Part shown: positions 37,674 to 51,402 of the stretch, one piece after another
Position numbering within the stretch: the first letter of the stretch is position 1
Layout: each line of letters begins with the position of its first letter
Source: Utricularia gibba
Taxonomy: Eukaryota > Plantae > Magnoliophyta
Assembly (NCBI GenBank): GCA_002189035.1
Contig: NEEC01000007.1
Span: 3,224,001-3,288,000 of the forward strand
DNA length: 64,000 bases
Direction of reading: 5' to 3'
The notes under the pieces: model-generated
What the model was told of the DNA's origin: nothing
Databases searched by the model: none
Seen by the model: only the letters and a program-made list of their open reading frames with translations
Program-made: the position numbers and the translations under genes

Positions 37674-38602
37674 TTCACTCTCCTGCGTGCAAAAAGGAAC
37701 CAACCTGTTTGCAACGAGAGGAACACACCTTAAAAACTAGTGCAGAGCAACGATCGGTGGGTAGCAAATGTTAGGATGATATCAGCCACGAAAGCATCAA
37801 AAGCTGCGTATGCTGACACTTTCAGGACGATGGTTAGTGGGTAATGAAGCCAGACAAGACAAAGATTTATAAAGGCTTTTCCCAGAGCTGCTTTATTTCT
37901 CTTATAAGAATATAACCCAAAAATCCCTCCCTCTTGTTGCGTTGCGTGCATGGAACCAGTGGCATATTACCCAAATATCCTTGGTGTTTGGAGTAAGCTG
38001 AGTGTCATTAGGCGTCATCACGACTTGAGCATGAAGCTACTCCAAGCATCTTGAACTTGGGCAAAAGTGACCATGAGTTATAGGACCTAAACAACACCAG
38101 AATCGAATACTGAGAATTTTGGCATAATTAGAACGATGAGATATCATCTTGGGGCAGCATGATCTTCAAAAAGATGACCCTGCCGACCAAAAGCAAATTG
38201 CATGAGCATCTAACTTGATGCGTTCTGTACTCTAACTAGTTGCTACTCTGTAAAACTGTTCGTTAATGCTGATGTAAGCAGCAAGCTCAGTAATGTTTTT
38301 TTGGTGCTCATCTGGATCATCATATTCATTTTCGATTCATACGTTTCCTGATGATCTATGCGTGCTGAAGTGGGTCTTGCTCTCCTTGTTTGAAAAACAA
38401 GGACCGTGTAGGGGATTTCATGATGATCAGAAAATTCACAGGTTTTCATGGTTGACGGAACGAAGTAATAACAACAACTCTATACACAGATATACCAGAA
38501 AAGAGCACTCTTCTCCTAGTCAGTAAGATAATTAATGTTCAGCTAAAACCCAACCAAAATTCCTAGGGATCCAACAGTCCCATTGAGTGACAATCCTTCA
38601 GT

Positions 38603-41600
38603 CTATTTTCTGGTCTTGTCAAGAACTTCAATGTATTTCTTGTGGACACCATAGTATTCGACAAGATACCGGCCAAGATTGTCAATCACCCCACCTTGAA
38701 CCAAAACTTCAACCCCTTTTTTACCTGTTGACAAAATACCAGCTGGTTATTTGAAGTCATGGTGAAGGATCATCGATAACATTTTTTTTTTCCTGATACC
38801 TGGAAGTTCTGATACTGTTGTGCTACAAGCGAACTTTTTCTGGAGCTCCGAAGCCAATCTCTCCCCATCTATAAGAAAAGACTCCAATCCAGAAACTTTG
38901 GTAACCTTTTTATTCCCTTGCCTTCGTTCTGTTGTTATTTGAATGGGCTTCAGTTCGCCTTTCCGAACAAAAGATTCACCCCCTCTAGTCACCAAATGAT
39001 GAGCTTGCATTCGACTGATGAAGCCCCGGCCCAAATCTTTTTTATGAATCTCAGTAGGGTATGTTGAGCCCTTTTTGATCGTACCCTTGAACAGGGCATC
39101 ACACAGAGTTGCATCCAGAACTACGGTGGATGTGTCTCCTTGTTTCACTAGCCTTTCCTTTTCTACATATCCAAAGACTATTTCAGAAGCTTCTGAAGCA
39201 CTATACAGCTTCGCTGAATCTGCTCCCACGGCTTTCAATATCGGAATGACATGAGTACTCGGCTTATACAGCTCCATGACATCCATCAACGTACCTCCCT
39301 CTTCTTCACTAGCTAGAGTTTTCACAGCCTGCTCAGCTTCATCTACCTTCTTCTTCTCCGGCACATATGAAATATAATCAGGATGATTACGATTCACTGA
39401 GATTAAAGAAAACTCCTTGGTGTATTTATCTTCTTTCACCGAAATCTGCCAGTGCAGCCAATTTCATCATGAGAAAGTTATAGTATCATGCTTAACGAAG
39501 GGGTTCATTATGGAGAGAGAGCCTGGCGAATCCAAGCAAGCAGCAGAGTAAAAGGTACATAAAAAAACCATAGATCCAAGAAACAATCAATTAAAAGCCT
39601 AGTGATCCAACTCAAAGACCACTGAAACTCAACAGGAAAAAACTTGAACGCCTTGATACTAGCAACTCAAATAAAGTCCTAGCATAAACGTTACCAGTCC
39701 ATCGGCAGCCTTAGCCTGGAGCCATTTGGATAATTTCTTGTAGGAAGACTTCTTTATGTCAAGTGTGATACCAGGCGGCCTGCAAGGTAGCACATGGCTT
39801 GACCTGAAAATTAAGAAAAAAGTAGACGTTACACATTTTTCGGGTAATTGAAAAAAAAAAAGAACAACAGGAAACTCCAGCACCATACATCCAACAAAAA
39901 GAAGGCAGGAGAAGCAAAAAATATGATCATCCAACTGCAATAAAGCAGTTTCAATGCCTGGTTACCATAGTATGCTTCCTAGTATAGGAAGATCCCTTTG
40001 CTTAACAGTAGTATGCAGTGCTTGTAAAAGGCACTTGTCGAAGAGCATATCTACTTCCTCCAAGGTTAATTGGTGTTGGTTATCTGTAATATGCTCAGCA
40101 TCCACGCTGCTTAGATGCAAATCAGCAACTTCAGTGTTCATCTGTTCTGTTGCGTTACAGTATCCCAAACAACTAAGGGCTGAAGCACCATCACCAGAAG
40201 CATCATTTCCCGTATTCTCATTTCCCGAACAGCTAGTATTTTCAACAGATTCGACGTCTTGACATGGCTCAGATGTATCACTAGCAGGAAGTAATGCAGG
40301 GGCTTCTAACACAACACCCTCCATAAACCCAGCATTTGGAATGAAAGGCTTTTCAGCTGACCCCCTGAGACAAGATATAAACTCAGCATACAAAAATGTA
40401 AAAATATAAGTAAGATATCATATCTACAATAAAGGATTCGATCAATATGATTTATTTTGTAGCTCTACCAAAGCGCATCCCCATAGTAATGGCTTATTCG
40501 CAATGCCTTCCCATGCAAACCAGCCCCCAATGCTTCTGTGCTACTCATAGTAGTAGTGCCCACCTGAGTGCGAAATATTAGCTTCGTACAGAACCTTTCA
40601 GCAGAGCAATACATGCAGAATTACATCTTGGTGATACTTACAGCAATTGGAGCTGGATTTCCTGGGACTTTGACAGACCACGGCTCACCAGAGAAAAATG
40701 ATGGAAGACCATCAGCAGGAACTTCGATTCCAGGAAACATTAAATCAGCACCACCAAGCACATACTTAGAAACCAAGCCCCCTTTCAATACAAAAGAGGG
40801 CAAGAGATCTGGAACCTTCCACAAAGCATAAACTGCAGGATGGATGAATAAAAAACAATTCTCTTTGTAAAACATATATCAACATCAATTAATAAATCAA
40901 GCATCTTTAAGTGTTGGCACATGCACAACAGCTCAGGAATGGGCAATCACTCAAGGATAAATATGCCTTCTGACATTCTAAATGAACAGAAAAAACTAAT
41001 TTGTATTATGGTTAATCCTTCGATCGGAGATGATTAAAAGAAGGGACTAAAACGAACATGACCAGCTAGAGAATACCTGTAGGAAAAAGTTGTGAACCTC
41101 GCCCATCAGCATCGTAGAACATTGGACAGTCGCTTTCAATACCATACACAACAACGCGGTTTGCGCATTTACATGCTGTTAATACTGCCTGAAAGCAAAC
41201 ACATGAGTTATTACTTAAAGACGTTCAGTTTGATCATTCGCACATAAATATAACCCAACAACAACTCTGATCAGCAGGAAGATAGGTAATGATCAATCCT
41301 TTACAATCATTAAAACCATAATGACAAATCCCAGACGCCAAACAAAAAAAAAAAGACAAAATTCAATACGCTTTCAAGACCACAGCATTTCATCATTCCG
41401 TCCTCTCATCATCCCAAATATAGGAGCCGTAGCCAACACCAAAAAAATAAAATAAAATAAAATAAAGACAAAATTCAAATTTCACTTTTCTAATTGCCTT
41501 CTTGGGTGCCAATATATGTGTGCTTCCTCCAAGGCAAACACTACATTTTAGGTTTCGGGATGGACTTTCTGCAGGAAAAAAGCAAACGAAATTTTCGGGA

Positions 41601-41844
41601 ATTGCTACCTGACCCCAAGGTTTAAACATGGTAGAAACAAAAGAAGCCGAACCAACATTGGCATTTATAAAATAAAGGGTTCTAAGAATATAAGAAGATC
41701 GCCAAGTACCTTTGGAGGAAGTAGGATGTCGGTATCGGCATCGGAAAGTTTGGGAAACCGCTCTTTGATTGTCCGTTTGAGTTTCTTCCGGTCCGCCCCA
41801 GAAAGCCGCTGCTGTGATTTCACATCGACTTCTTTCTTGAACAT
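38603..41844 (-). CDS. EIF2D: Eukaryotic translation initiation factor 2D (ligatin; PUA, SWIB and SUI1 domains)
   Basis: MFKKEVDVKSQQRLSGADRKKLKRTI, VLGGADLMFPGI, ERRQGNKKVTKVSGLESF...LQKKFACSTTV and EVLVQGGVID. Confidence 0.93.
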
Positions 41845-43111
41845 TTTTCGTCGCCTTCAAATGATCGCTTCTCTATTCCCAGCCACACCTGCAATCCTAC
41901 TGAAGATTTCAAGCTCCGTCGGTAGAAGAACCTAGAACTCTGATGAGTAACTCATTGGTACCGATATTGTTTAAATATTGGAAAATAATTATGTCCCATA
42001 AATAAAATATTGAATATCAATTTTATTAATGGAGGTAAATTAAACAGTGTGGATGATTGATGTTCCATTTTTACCCCCAAAAACAAAAAAAAGAGCAATT
42101 TAACAAAAAATATTCCTTCATTTTATTACGTCATAATTCGGTCATTGCCTTCCGTAGGCATTCGGGTTCATCATAGTTGAATCAAATAAATGTTTAAAAC
42201 TAATTATGAATTCAACTTAATTCTTTTTTAATAAATTAAATTTAAATTCAATAATTTTAAATTATATTATTTAAAAATACAAATTATTATTTAAGTACAT
42301 TAAACTCATAATTCAATTTAAACATGAGTTTAGATTACATCAAACATAATCATAAGTTAAAATGCTGCTCAACTTCCGATTCTACTACTGTAGCACTCTC
42401 CTTCTTAATTCAAATATCTATCTTTATGAAATATTTAAAGTATGCTTTAATCTCCTTCTCATTTTAATGTAATAAAAGATTTCATGTATTTCTCATTTTA
42501 AAAAGTAAAATACACATATAACATATTCTTATTTTAAGAAGTAATAAGGATTCACTTCCCTTTTGACTATTAAAAGCTAATGGTTTTTTGTCAAAGATGG
42601 TTGTGAAAATTGATGTTGAAATATAAATTTATAAGTATATTTTATTAATATTTTCAATATTTTCCCCTCTACAAAAAAATAATAATATATTCATATATAG
42701 AATATAATTTTTAAATTCATATAAGCCATTGGTATAAAAAATAATTTCTCATTTTTCTGCACTCCAAAATCAATAAATTTTATAAAAAATAATTTGGACA
42801 CATATATAATTGTTTTAAAATATTGCAAATAATTCAGAAGTCAAGATTCTGTGTTGGAGATCCTTTATTACGGTTGCCAACAGCAACACTCCACCGGTTC
42901 ATATTTGGTAAGAAGAATCCCCTCAGTAAACACTTGCCATGTTTCATCGTCAAGGAATTTGTCGAAGAAGCGAAGACGGAGAGGCTGAATTTATGACCAT
43001 TCTCCGTTTTCATGGACTGGACGCCAAGTACATGCCGCGTCCTCCGAGGTATATGATGATATAAAGCCACGGCATGGGCATGGGGTTTGTGAGAAACAGC
43101 AGCCGAGGAGG

Positions 43112-43451
43112 ATGGCGAGTCAGCTGCCCAGAGTGACAGGGCTGTTACTACTGCTTCTGGTGTGCAGTCTGGTGTTCCAAGGTCGACTCAAAGAATCCTT
43201 AACACACGACCAATTTGGATTGTGTTGTGTTTACGTGAATGAATGAATGTGTTGTAGATAAAATGGCGGCGAAGGCGGAAGAATCGGGAGGAGAAGATGA
43301 AGGTGTGTGCCTTTACAGGTACCCGAGTCGGTGCCAGGCGCTGGGGATAAAAGCCTGCTGGTATTGCACAAGCTTCGGGAGGGACCTCGTGGGGATCTTG
43401 TGCGACACTTCTACGATTCAGCATCGCTGCGTCTGCCGCATCCGCTGCTAG
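43112..43451 (+). CDS. Defensin-like (DEFL) secreted 8-Cys peptide, 87 aa, two exons
   Basis: Exon 1 (43112-43181) encodes signal peptide MASQLPRVTGLLLLLLVCSLVFQ. Phase-1 GT-AG intron 43182-43257. Exon 2 encodes DKMAAKAEESGGEDEGVCLYRYPSRCQALGIKACWYCTSFGRDLVGILCDTSTIQHRCVCRIRC*. TATAAAG at ~43060. Confidence 0.8.
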
Positions 43452-43781
43452 TCCCCCCATGGGATGGGATAGGATATTTCCTTAATAAAATAGGCTTGCT
43501 GTCTGTCTTCTAACTTGCACTACATGAATATCAGGCTAAAAAATTCTCTGGAGAAAGAGTAATAAAGATTATCGTGTGCTATCAAAGGTCTGGCTAGATC
43601 TATTTGTATAACATGGGAAAAGAATGAATAACCCACCAAACATTCAGATTCATCGGGAGAAGACATCAAGGGTGGCGAAAATGCCACCTTAGAAGGACCA
43701 CTCCTCCCAAAAACAGCTACATGAACCTCTATATACATTGCCCTGCCCTGCAACTCGTACCACCACCACCACCATCATCTA

Positions 43782-46700
43782 CTACAGCAAGTCTGGTAGG
43801 GAGGGCTGCTGACTGGGAGGTTTCTGGTGGCCCGATAGAGGGGCAGTAGAAGAGATGGTGGAGATTCCCTGTCCTCGACCTCGGCCTCTACTAACAGGGG
43901 CTGCTGGAGGTGGAGCAAGTCTGGGTGCAACATGCTCATTCTTGTTGGAAGCAAATATGGACTTCAAGTCGGATGAAGAACCTTGAGAGGAGGTGGCGGA
44001 AGTTTGCTTCAAGTACCCAAGTGAGCTCCCGGCACTTGCCCCGTTACTGCTACCAAAGATGTTTTCAGCCAGGCCAGTTCCTTGAGTATGGCTCTTAGCC
44101 TGGCTATTTGGAAAAGCAAATGCCTGTGATAATGAATGAGCGGCCAAACCATTGGTGGGAGCGGTAGCTCTGCTGTCAACAGCCTTAGGAAAGGATAATG
44201 CCGTTGAACCATTGCTGTGTTGGCTTGGAATGTTTGCTGTATTCGACTGTGGTGGCCAATTAGAGAAGGGATCTACGTCAACCAAGCTCAGGTTGGATGT
44301 CATACTGCTTTCATTCGCTTTTTCCAAGCCACCAAACCCAGATGGAGGAGGCCATTCAACATCAATCGCAGGGCATGAAGGAGATGATTGTTGAATTGAG
44401 GACAGTGACACTGCCGAGGAGACTGAATGCCCAGAGTTGCCTTCCGCAGATTGACTTGATAAAGGATGTTGAGCAGCTGGTTTTGGGTTACATGAATGAA
44501 CATTTGGTGAAGCTACCTTTGCAGGTAACCAGTCTTCATCCCATGCTGAACTGCGCCTTGCAGCAGTAGTAGATGCGGCACGCATTGCATTTGATTGCCC
44601 TGATGAATAAACCTCAACAGTAGGCAGTGTCTTAACTTCTGGGATTCCAGGGTCGCTTAAAGTTACTCCTCGTTTTTCTTCGATTTGTCTGCAAGAAAGC
44701 ATGAGCCTTAGACAAGGGGGTAAAGCTACACTGGCATACATTTGAAAATGATAGTTATTAACCCAAAAATGAAATCCAAGTAGTAAATGCATAAACGTAG
44801 ATAGACATGCAATTCACCTTAACGCATCCTTCACAAAAAACATGTACTTCGCAAATTGTTGAACATTCAACTGTTGGGTGATGAGTAGAGGAATGAGTCT
44901 TGGAAGAACATGCTCCGCCATAAACTCAATCCCAAACTAGTAAGAAAAATTTGAAATATGAGGTTACAGTAACAAACACAAACACAGGTATTTGTCACTA
45001 CGGATAGCTGAATAAGACAAACCTGCTTCAAAATTGCATTTGCAACACTGAGAGTTGACATGAGGGTTGGAGCAGAATGATCAACAGCCGTACATCTTTG
45101 GATAGTTTGTAAAATTTCCAAAACGGAACTCTTATCAAGTAAATTAATCATTTCAGCAAAGCATATCAGAGCATTGACCCTCACCTGCAGTTATTCCAAG
45201 AAAGAAAATAATGGATGAAACATAACATTAGCAGAAATTCAATGCCATCAGCCATCTACATGACTTACTGCAGCAACAGTTGTTTTAAGTGCTAGCCCAT
45301 GAACACGTGGTAGAACAGCTTGTTTGAGCAGCTGTTGTGGATAAAAGCACATGTGAATCAGAACCGAGACCCACAGGGAACTTCAAAGTGACCCAAACTA
45401 GAGCTACCTGAACATCTAATCTTCTTGAAAGTGGAGTTGTTCTTTTAAGAACTTCCTCTTGTATGCGGGGATCAGTATCGTCATAAGCTCTAACCAACAT
45501 GGGAAGAATATGTGAAATTAGGTGCTCTGGACTAGCCTGGAAGTTTTTAGGGAAAAGGCAATAAGATTTTACAATTCTTTGAACTAGGAATAATTGAAGA
45601 AAAAATAAATATTTCACCTTGTTGATTATAAGCTCAGCATGTTTCACAAGGAGCAATAATGTCTCAGCTGCTGCTGAGTTCAAGACAGGTGCAAGCGCTG
45701 GCATTGTTGATTGCTCAAAATCATTCTTGTCCTGGAGCAAATTGAAATTTATGGGCCTGTCAATCATATCCCTCCCTTCCACCAGAATGCAAATACATAT
45801 ACATCATAAATTGTTCTTATGCACAATTTTAAGGGTACAACAAGATACTGTTCAAACTCAATCTATAAAGCAGACTGAATTGTGATGATCAAAACTAAGG
45901 TTGCAAACACGTGTTAACAAGGACACATATCATATCAGATACGTCTAAGCAAACTACTGATGTAATATTAAGCCAAAACCTACCTGAGACTCTGCTATTG
46001 TTAGAACCATGGGTAGAATCATAGGTTGCATCACCATATTCCGGAGCTCTGCACAAAGAGGGGGGAGAACCTGTATGCAAGCAATTAGATTCATTTCCAG
46101 CTTACCACACCAATGAACGTAAGACAAAAAACACAATGAAATGTGGATCCATTAGGTGTGAAATATGATGGCTAATGAGACAAAAATTCCAAATCAGCAA
46201 TAAAAAATGAGAACCTTGTACCGCAAAACACGGGGATTAAAATCCTTCCACATCTCAGATAATGCTTTTAAAAATTCAGTTTTTTGCATATTGTCCCTTT
46301 CCTGCAAACAGTTGCAAAATAATTACATTTTCCTATTGAAAAAATTGTATTAGGAAAGACATAAACGCATCTAAATTTCATACAAGCATATGATCAAGGA
46401 AACGGAGGGCTCGTAACCTAGTATCTTCTCTAAAGAAGGATGATCCTGCAACATGAAGACATTTTTTAAATGGAAAAAATGTCAAAATCTCGCTTTACAA
46501 GCACAAGGATAGTGGAAAGTGAAAATGAAGTGAAAGAAACAAAGCAAAACATTAAAATAATTCACCATTGACATGCAGACCTAAATGAGAAGCACTACTT
46601 GAAGAAAAACTGGAATTTTAAAGTCTCCTGAGCTATTATTATAAGCCCCAAAATCTCACCTGTAAAGTCTGAAGCTGTTGGTCGCAATGATTCATTTACT

Positions 46701-48348
46701 GAGAGCATTCTCTGCAGATCTGGCACTAACTCCCTTGGGATGGCAGAAAACATCTCACCACTGAGGTATGTTAGACTGTTCATATACTGTCCATATAAAA
46801 AAAGGAATCATTCAACAAAAAAAGAAGACGGTCCATGTAAGAGCATAAAAACTACAAATGAGTTTAAGAAAGGATGGCAAGACAAATATGTTCCCTCCAT
46901 CATAAGTTGGGCTATCTTAGAGATATCACTGGGTAAGGCATGTATAAATTTGTTACCATCTTCACGTTGTTGTGGCAATCAAACAAAGGCTTCCGAGTGA
47001 TCAATTGGTAGGCAAGGCATCCAAAGCTGAAAACATCAGAGGCAGGACCCACGGTGGAACTTTTACTTCGAACGAGTTCAGGTGCAGTGTAATTTATTGA
47101 TGGTTGCAAGGGCAAGGGCGAATCTTCAACATCGTACTCCTAATTATCCAAGTAACAATAAAAATAGGAAGAATTAGTCAAGCTCACAAAGAAACATAAA
47201 CTACAGGCGCAAGCCAAATATCAAAGTAAGCATCCTATTACTGACAGAAAAATTCTGGTACGCATTGAAATGATCCAGAACCACTCCGCACATGCAGAAG
47301 ACTATAAGTGTGAATAAGCATTCAAATTTTAAAGCATTCGCTACTCACAGCATAGTGAAATGTCTGTGTGTTAAGGGAGTCATTTGAGGACTGATCTGTT
47401 GATATTGCAAAACAAAATCCACCAAGTTTCCATGCCCCATTAAATGTGATAAGGACAGTCTGCAAGAAAAAAGCAACCAGGTTCAGTCACTGGATAAATA
47501 CCTCATCCAGCAAAAATAAAAAGTACAATAAGCCCAACCTCTGGAGAAATAGCCCTATGAACAAGGCGAGCATTATTATGTAGGAAGTCCAAAGTCTCTG
47601 CAACTTGAAGCAGGCCGTGCTTCACCTCCAGCAATCCCATCTCCTGCAGATAATAAAATTAACCATTCGGAATTTAGATCCTCAATCTCTCACAGACAGA
47701 CAGTAAGTCTCAGATAAAGAACATAGGTCTGAAATCAGCCTCATTCTATCACCAACAGCAGTTACATGAGCTGAACTTATAAAGGAAATAAAAAAACCTT
47801 AAATTCACATAAGAAATTGGTAGCTCAGAATTCCCAATAGAAAAAAAGCCTACCATTCCCTTGAGCTCCTTGGGGACTTTTGCCAGATTCTCCACATCAC
47901 CGAGAGCATTCGCCACCGATGCAAAAAGAGGTTCCGTAACCATTGCCAGAGCACTCTTGCTCTCGTCCAGAGCTTGTACCACGTGAACCACTCCCGGGTG
48001 CCTCAGCCTCACAAGCCGGGAGGCATCAGCCCTGATCAGATCAAGAAACGCATCCTCTACGGCCTTCGATAGCCCAGCCCGCTGCCTGGCCTCCGAAAGT
48101 GCCTTCTTATCTAAAACCCAAACGCAGACGGTGGAGTACACGGCTGGCGTGTGACCGTCCCGCGACTTGGCGGAGTACAATTTCCAGGCGAGGCCCGGGC
48201 CAGCAGAGCCGATCTGATCAATGAGATCGTAGTCCTGCATGGGCTTTGGAAGACCTGTGACTTCTTGGACGGTGCTTTGAACGGTCTTCTCGATCACCGC
48301 CGACGCCTTCGCAAAGGCCTGGGTCAAAGTTTTCATATTGAGAGACAT
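43782..48348 (-). CDS. SCYL2: SCY1-like pseudokinase 2 (HEAT repeats, low-complexity C-terminus)
   Basis: [68 protein letters not shown] and [14 protein letters not shown]. Confidence 0.93.
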
Positions 48349-49162
48349 GAGTGTCGACCCCGAGCCACAGTCTCCTGCAAGCCGGTGGCAAAACAGTGGC
48401 AGCCGGCGGAGACACTATTTCAGGGATCTTTGTGATGATCGAATTGGAGAGCACCCAATTCCGATCTCACCCTCCGGCTTAAGTTAAAGAGAAAAAAAAT
48501 TCAACGGGATGAGACTTCTTTACATTGTAAAATAATAATGCCACGTCGGAAAATAATTAAATACCCCACATGTTTTATGACAACACCTCCCTATTCACGC
48601 TAATTTTTCCAAATAAAATAGGAAATTATTTACAAAATATTCGTACTTTCATTTTTATGTTTAATTTCCCAATAATGGCATCAAAAAAATGTTAATATTC
48701 ACACAGAAACTATTAAAATAATAAGTAAATATTGTTTTTATATGAAATTTCTTATTTAACCTTTTTTTAAAATCATTCAAAAATAAATAACAATATACTA
48801 GGATCATTTTTTTAATAATATAGAAAAATGACATTAGATCAAAACTCCACAATGGATAGACTTGCTCTTTGGTATATGTGTAAACCTTAAAAAATAATTT
48901 ATTTACTTACGTTCTAAATATATTACTATAAAGTAATACTATTTGATAACTATTATAATATCATACTTTGTTTTGTGTGATAATATGATCAATCATGTCA
49001 TCAGAATTATTTTGTTACATGTAACCATAACCTTTACAGCTCATATCATCACATCCACATTAAATAGTGTGTCTTAATAACAATTAAACTTGTTTTCTTA
49101 GGTAATTTAGATCAATCTTAGATTATTATACATTCTATTAGAGTTTGATAGTGATAAAAAAA

Positions 49163-50295
49163 TGATAATTAATTTTGTGTCATTTATATTTGTGCTTTTT
49201 AGGACTCACTTAAATGGGTGTTGCATTCTTTTTATCTCATTTTTCTTATGTTTTTAGAAGAATTTTATATCTTTCATATCACTTTGATCTTTTTAGAGGG
49301 AAAGTGTATTTTGTGATTTTTCAGGATGAATTTGGAATAATTTAGAAGATTTTCGAGCTGCTTTGATGGAGCCTAAAATTTGGTCTATCCAGATAAAGAC
49401 TCGATCAAAGATTCTCGGATAAGATTTGTATCAAATCTTAGAAGATTCGGATAGAAGATTTGATGTGAGCCCATCAAGAAAACCCAACAAATCCCCACCA
49501 TTATATAAAGATTCAAACGCAAAAACCTAGAGGGAGAGTCAAGTGGTGGACGATCAGAGAGTCAAATTAGGGTTTAGAGTCGAGTCTAGCATGTTTTGGA
49601 TTCCGTTCCTTTCCTTTTTTATCAACTTTTGTTGTTTAGAGTCGAGCATGCGCGTGTGAGCGCTTGCGGCTGAAGATCTGCTATGAAACCTTGCTTGCGT
49701 AAGTCCTACGCGTGTGACTGTCTTACTATGTTTTTCAACATTTAATTTGAGGTCTGATTCTGTTTTTCGTAACGTTTTCTTTACCAACGTAATCTTTAAT
49801 ACTATATAGACTTAAAGGAGTGTGGGAGAATCAAAGGTTGGCCTCAAGCACCTAAGTAAAAGGGCTCAATCGGATATCATTAGTAAGGCACATTCTGTCT
49901 AATCTATCTGCGAAGTGAGAGATGTAGGGGTTAGATTTGGGTGTGGGGAAAACATGGGTTATCATAAGAGGTGAAATGGTTCTGATGGCGTGATTGATTC
50001 TATAATCCCACAAAACAATGGACGGTGTTCATCGAGTAGTACTACTTTAGCGTAACACCCCTAAAGCTTACGCAAGCAAGTCAGTTTTCAAGGTTTGCAC
50101 ACACGCAAGGACGAGTTTCAAGTAAGGTGAATTTTAGATCCAAGACCACTTTTCTTATTGTCTTCAAAACCCAATCTTTTTTTTGTTTTCAATCTTTTTA
50201 AGTCTTTGTTTAGAAAATAAAGTCTTCAATTTTTTGTGGATACGATCTTATTTTATTACTTCGACGGTTTCTGTGCACTTGCAGAATTACCATCA
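49163..50295 (+). mobile_element. Solo LTR, Athila-like family (copy C)
   Basis: High similarity to 27797-28992 with TGATAAT...ACCATCA ends. Flanked by AAAAA on both sides (low-complexity TSD). Confidence 0.85.
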
Positions 50296-50977
50296 AAAAA
50301 CATGTTGATACACAAAATATCATAAAAAATAAAATCAAACTTTCAATTAAACGTCATAGAATATTGTTAAATATCTACACATGCAATAACTTGTGTAAAC
50401 AAGGCTTAATCACAGATCATTAACCACAAATGTCTGCATTTGTATGCTTAATTCTAATATGAACATAAACACAAAAAGATGAAAATTAAAAAACAAAATT
50501 GGTCAAAATACGTCTATAATGATTTAAGAAGTGAAATACTTATATGAGATAAAACTTAAATCTTATATTAGATTTACATGATGATTTTGAGTAAGATTAG
50601 TTTATTTACTTTCTATCCAAATATTTTATTCAAATATTACAAAATTATCTTCAAATTTTTTGTCAAGTAAATTTGAAACATATTCTAAAAATTCATAAAA
50701 TATATTTTTTCTCTTAAAAAATCAAAATAATATAAAAAATAAAAAATAAATAAAAAATAAAAAATAAATAAAAAATAATTAGAAAAATAAAGCATAAAAT
50801 ATGTACAAGCAGCTTTAAAGAGTGATGAAAAATAGCATATATAACTTAGTAGATAGCATGATTATGGAAAGTAGAATTTAATAAAAATAAAATATTATTT
50901 TTAATTTTTAAAAATATACTTGATATAGGTTTTATTATAATGTGAAACAATGTACAAAAATAACACGGGAAGCTATG

Positions 50978-51402
50978 TTTGGGGTGCTTTTGCGATTGTG
51001 GAAAGATTTTATTCGGGTAATCAAATATCAATAGTTAATCATTTACATATAACTATTAAATATGCGTTTAAAAAAGAAAAGAGTAATACTGTATTTTATG
51101 ATCGTAAGATTAACTAAACTCAATTGATATATAGAATTGTGTTCCAATATAAATAGATGAAGGTTTAAATAAAAAGATTATTGCGACATCTAATCCATTG
51201 TATTCTATATCATTATTTACAAAATATGTGATTGAAATGTGCAATTTAATATAAAAAGATCTTTTATTTTCTACCTTACGAACATTTCTCTTGTAGGAAC
51301 AAAGCAAGCCCCAGCCCGGCACAACTCTAACCGGACACAACGTCACCTCAACCGTAGCCTAACGAGCCCCCAAACAATCATAGCAGTGCATCCCCAAACC
51401 AG
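50978..51402. mobile_element. Possible Tourist-like MITE
   Basis: Imperfect inverted ends GCTATGTTTGGGGTGC / GCATCCCCAAACCAGC. No convincing TSD. Confidence 0.25.

Noticed and set aside
38285-38375. TGATGA/CTGA box-like motifs suggesting C/D snoRNAs
   Set aside because: Spacing too short, and no terminal stem or recognisable rRNA-antisense element.
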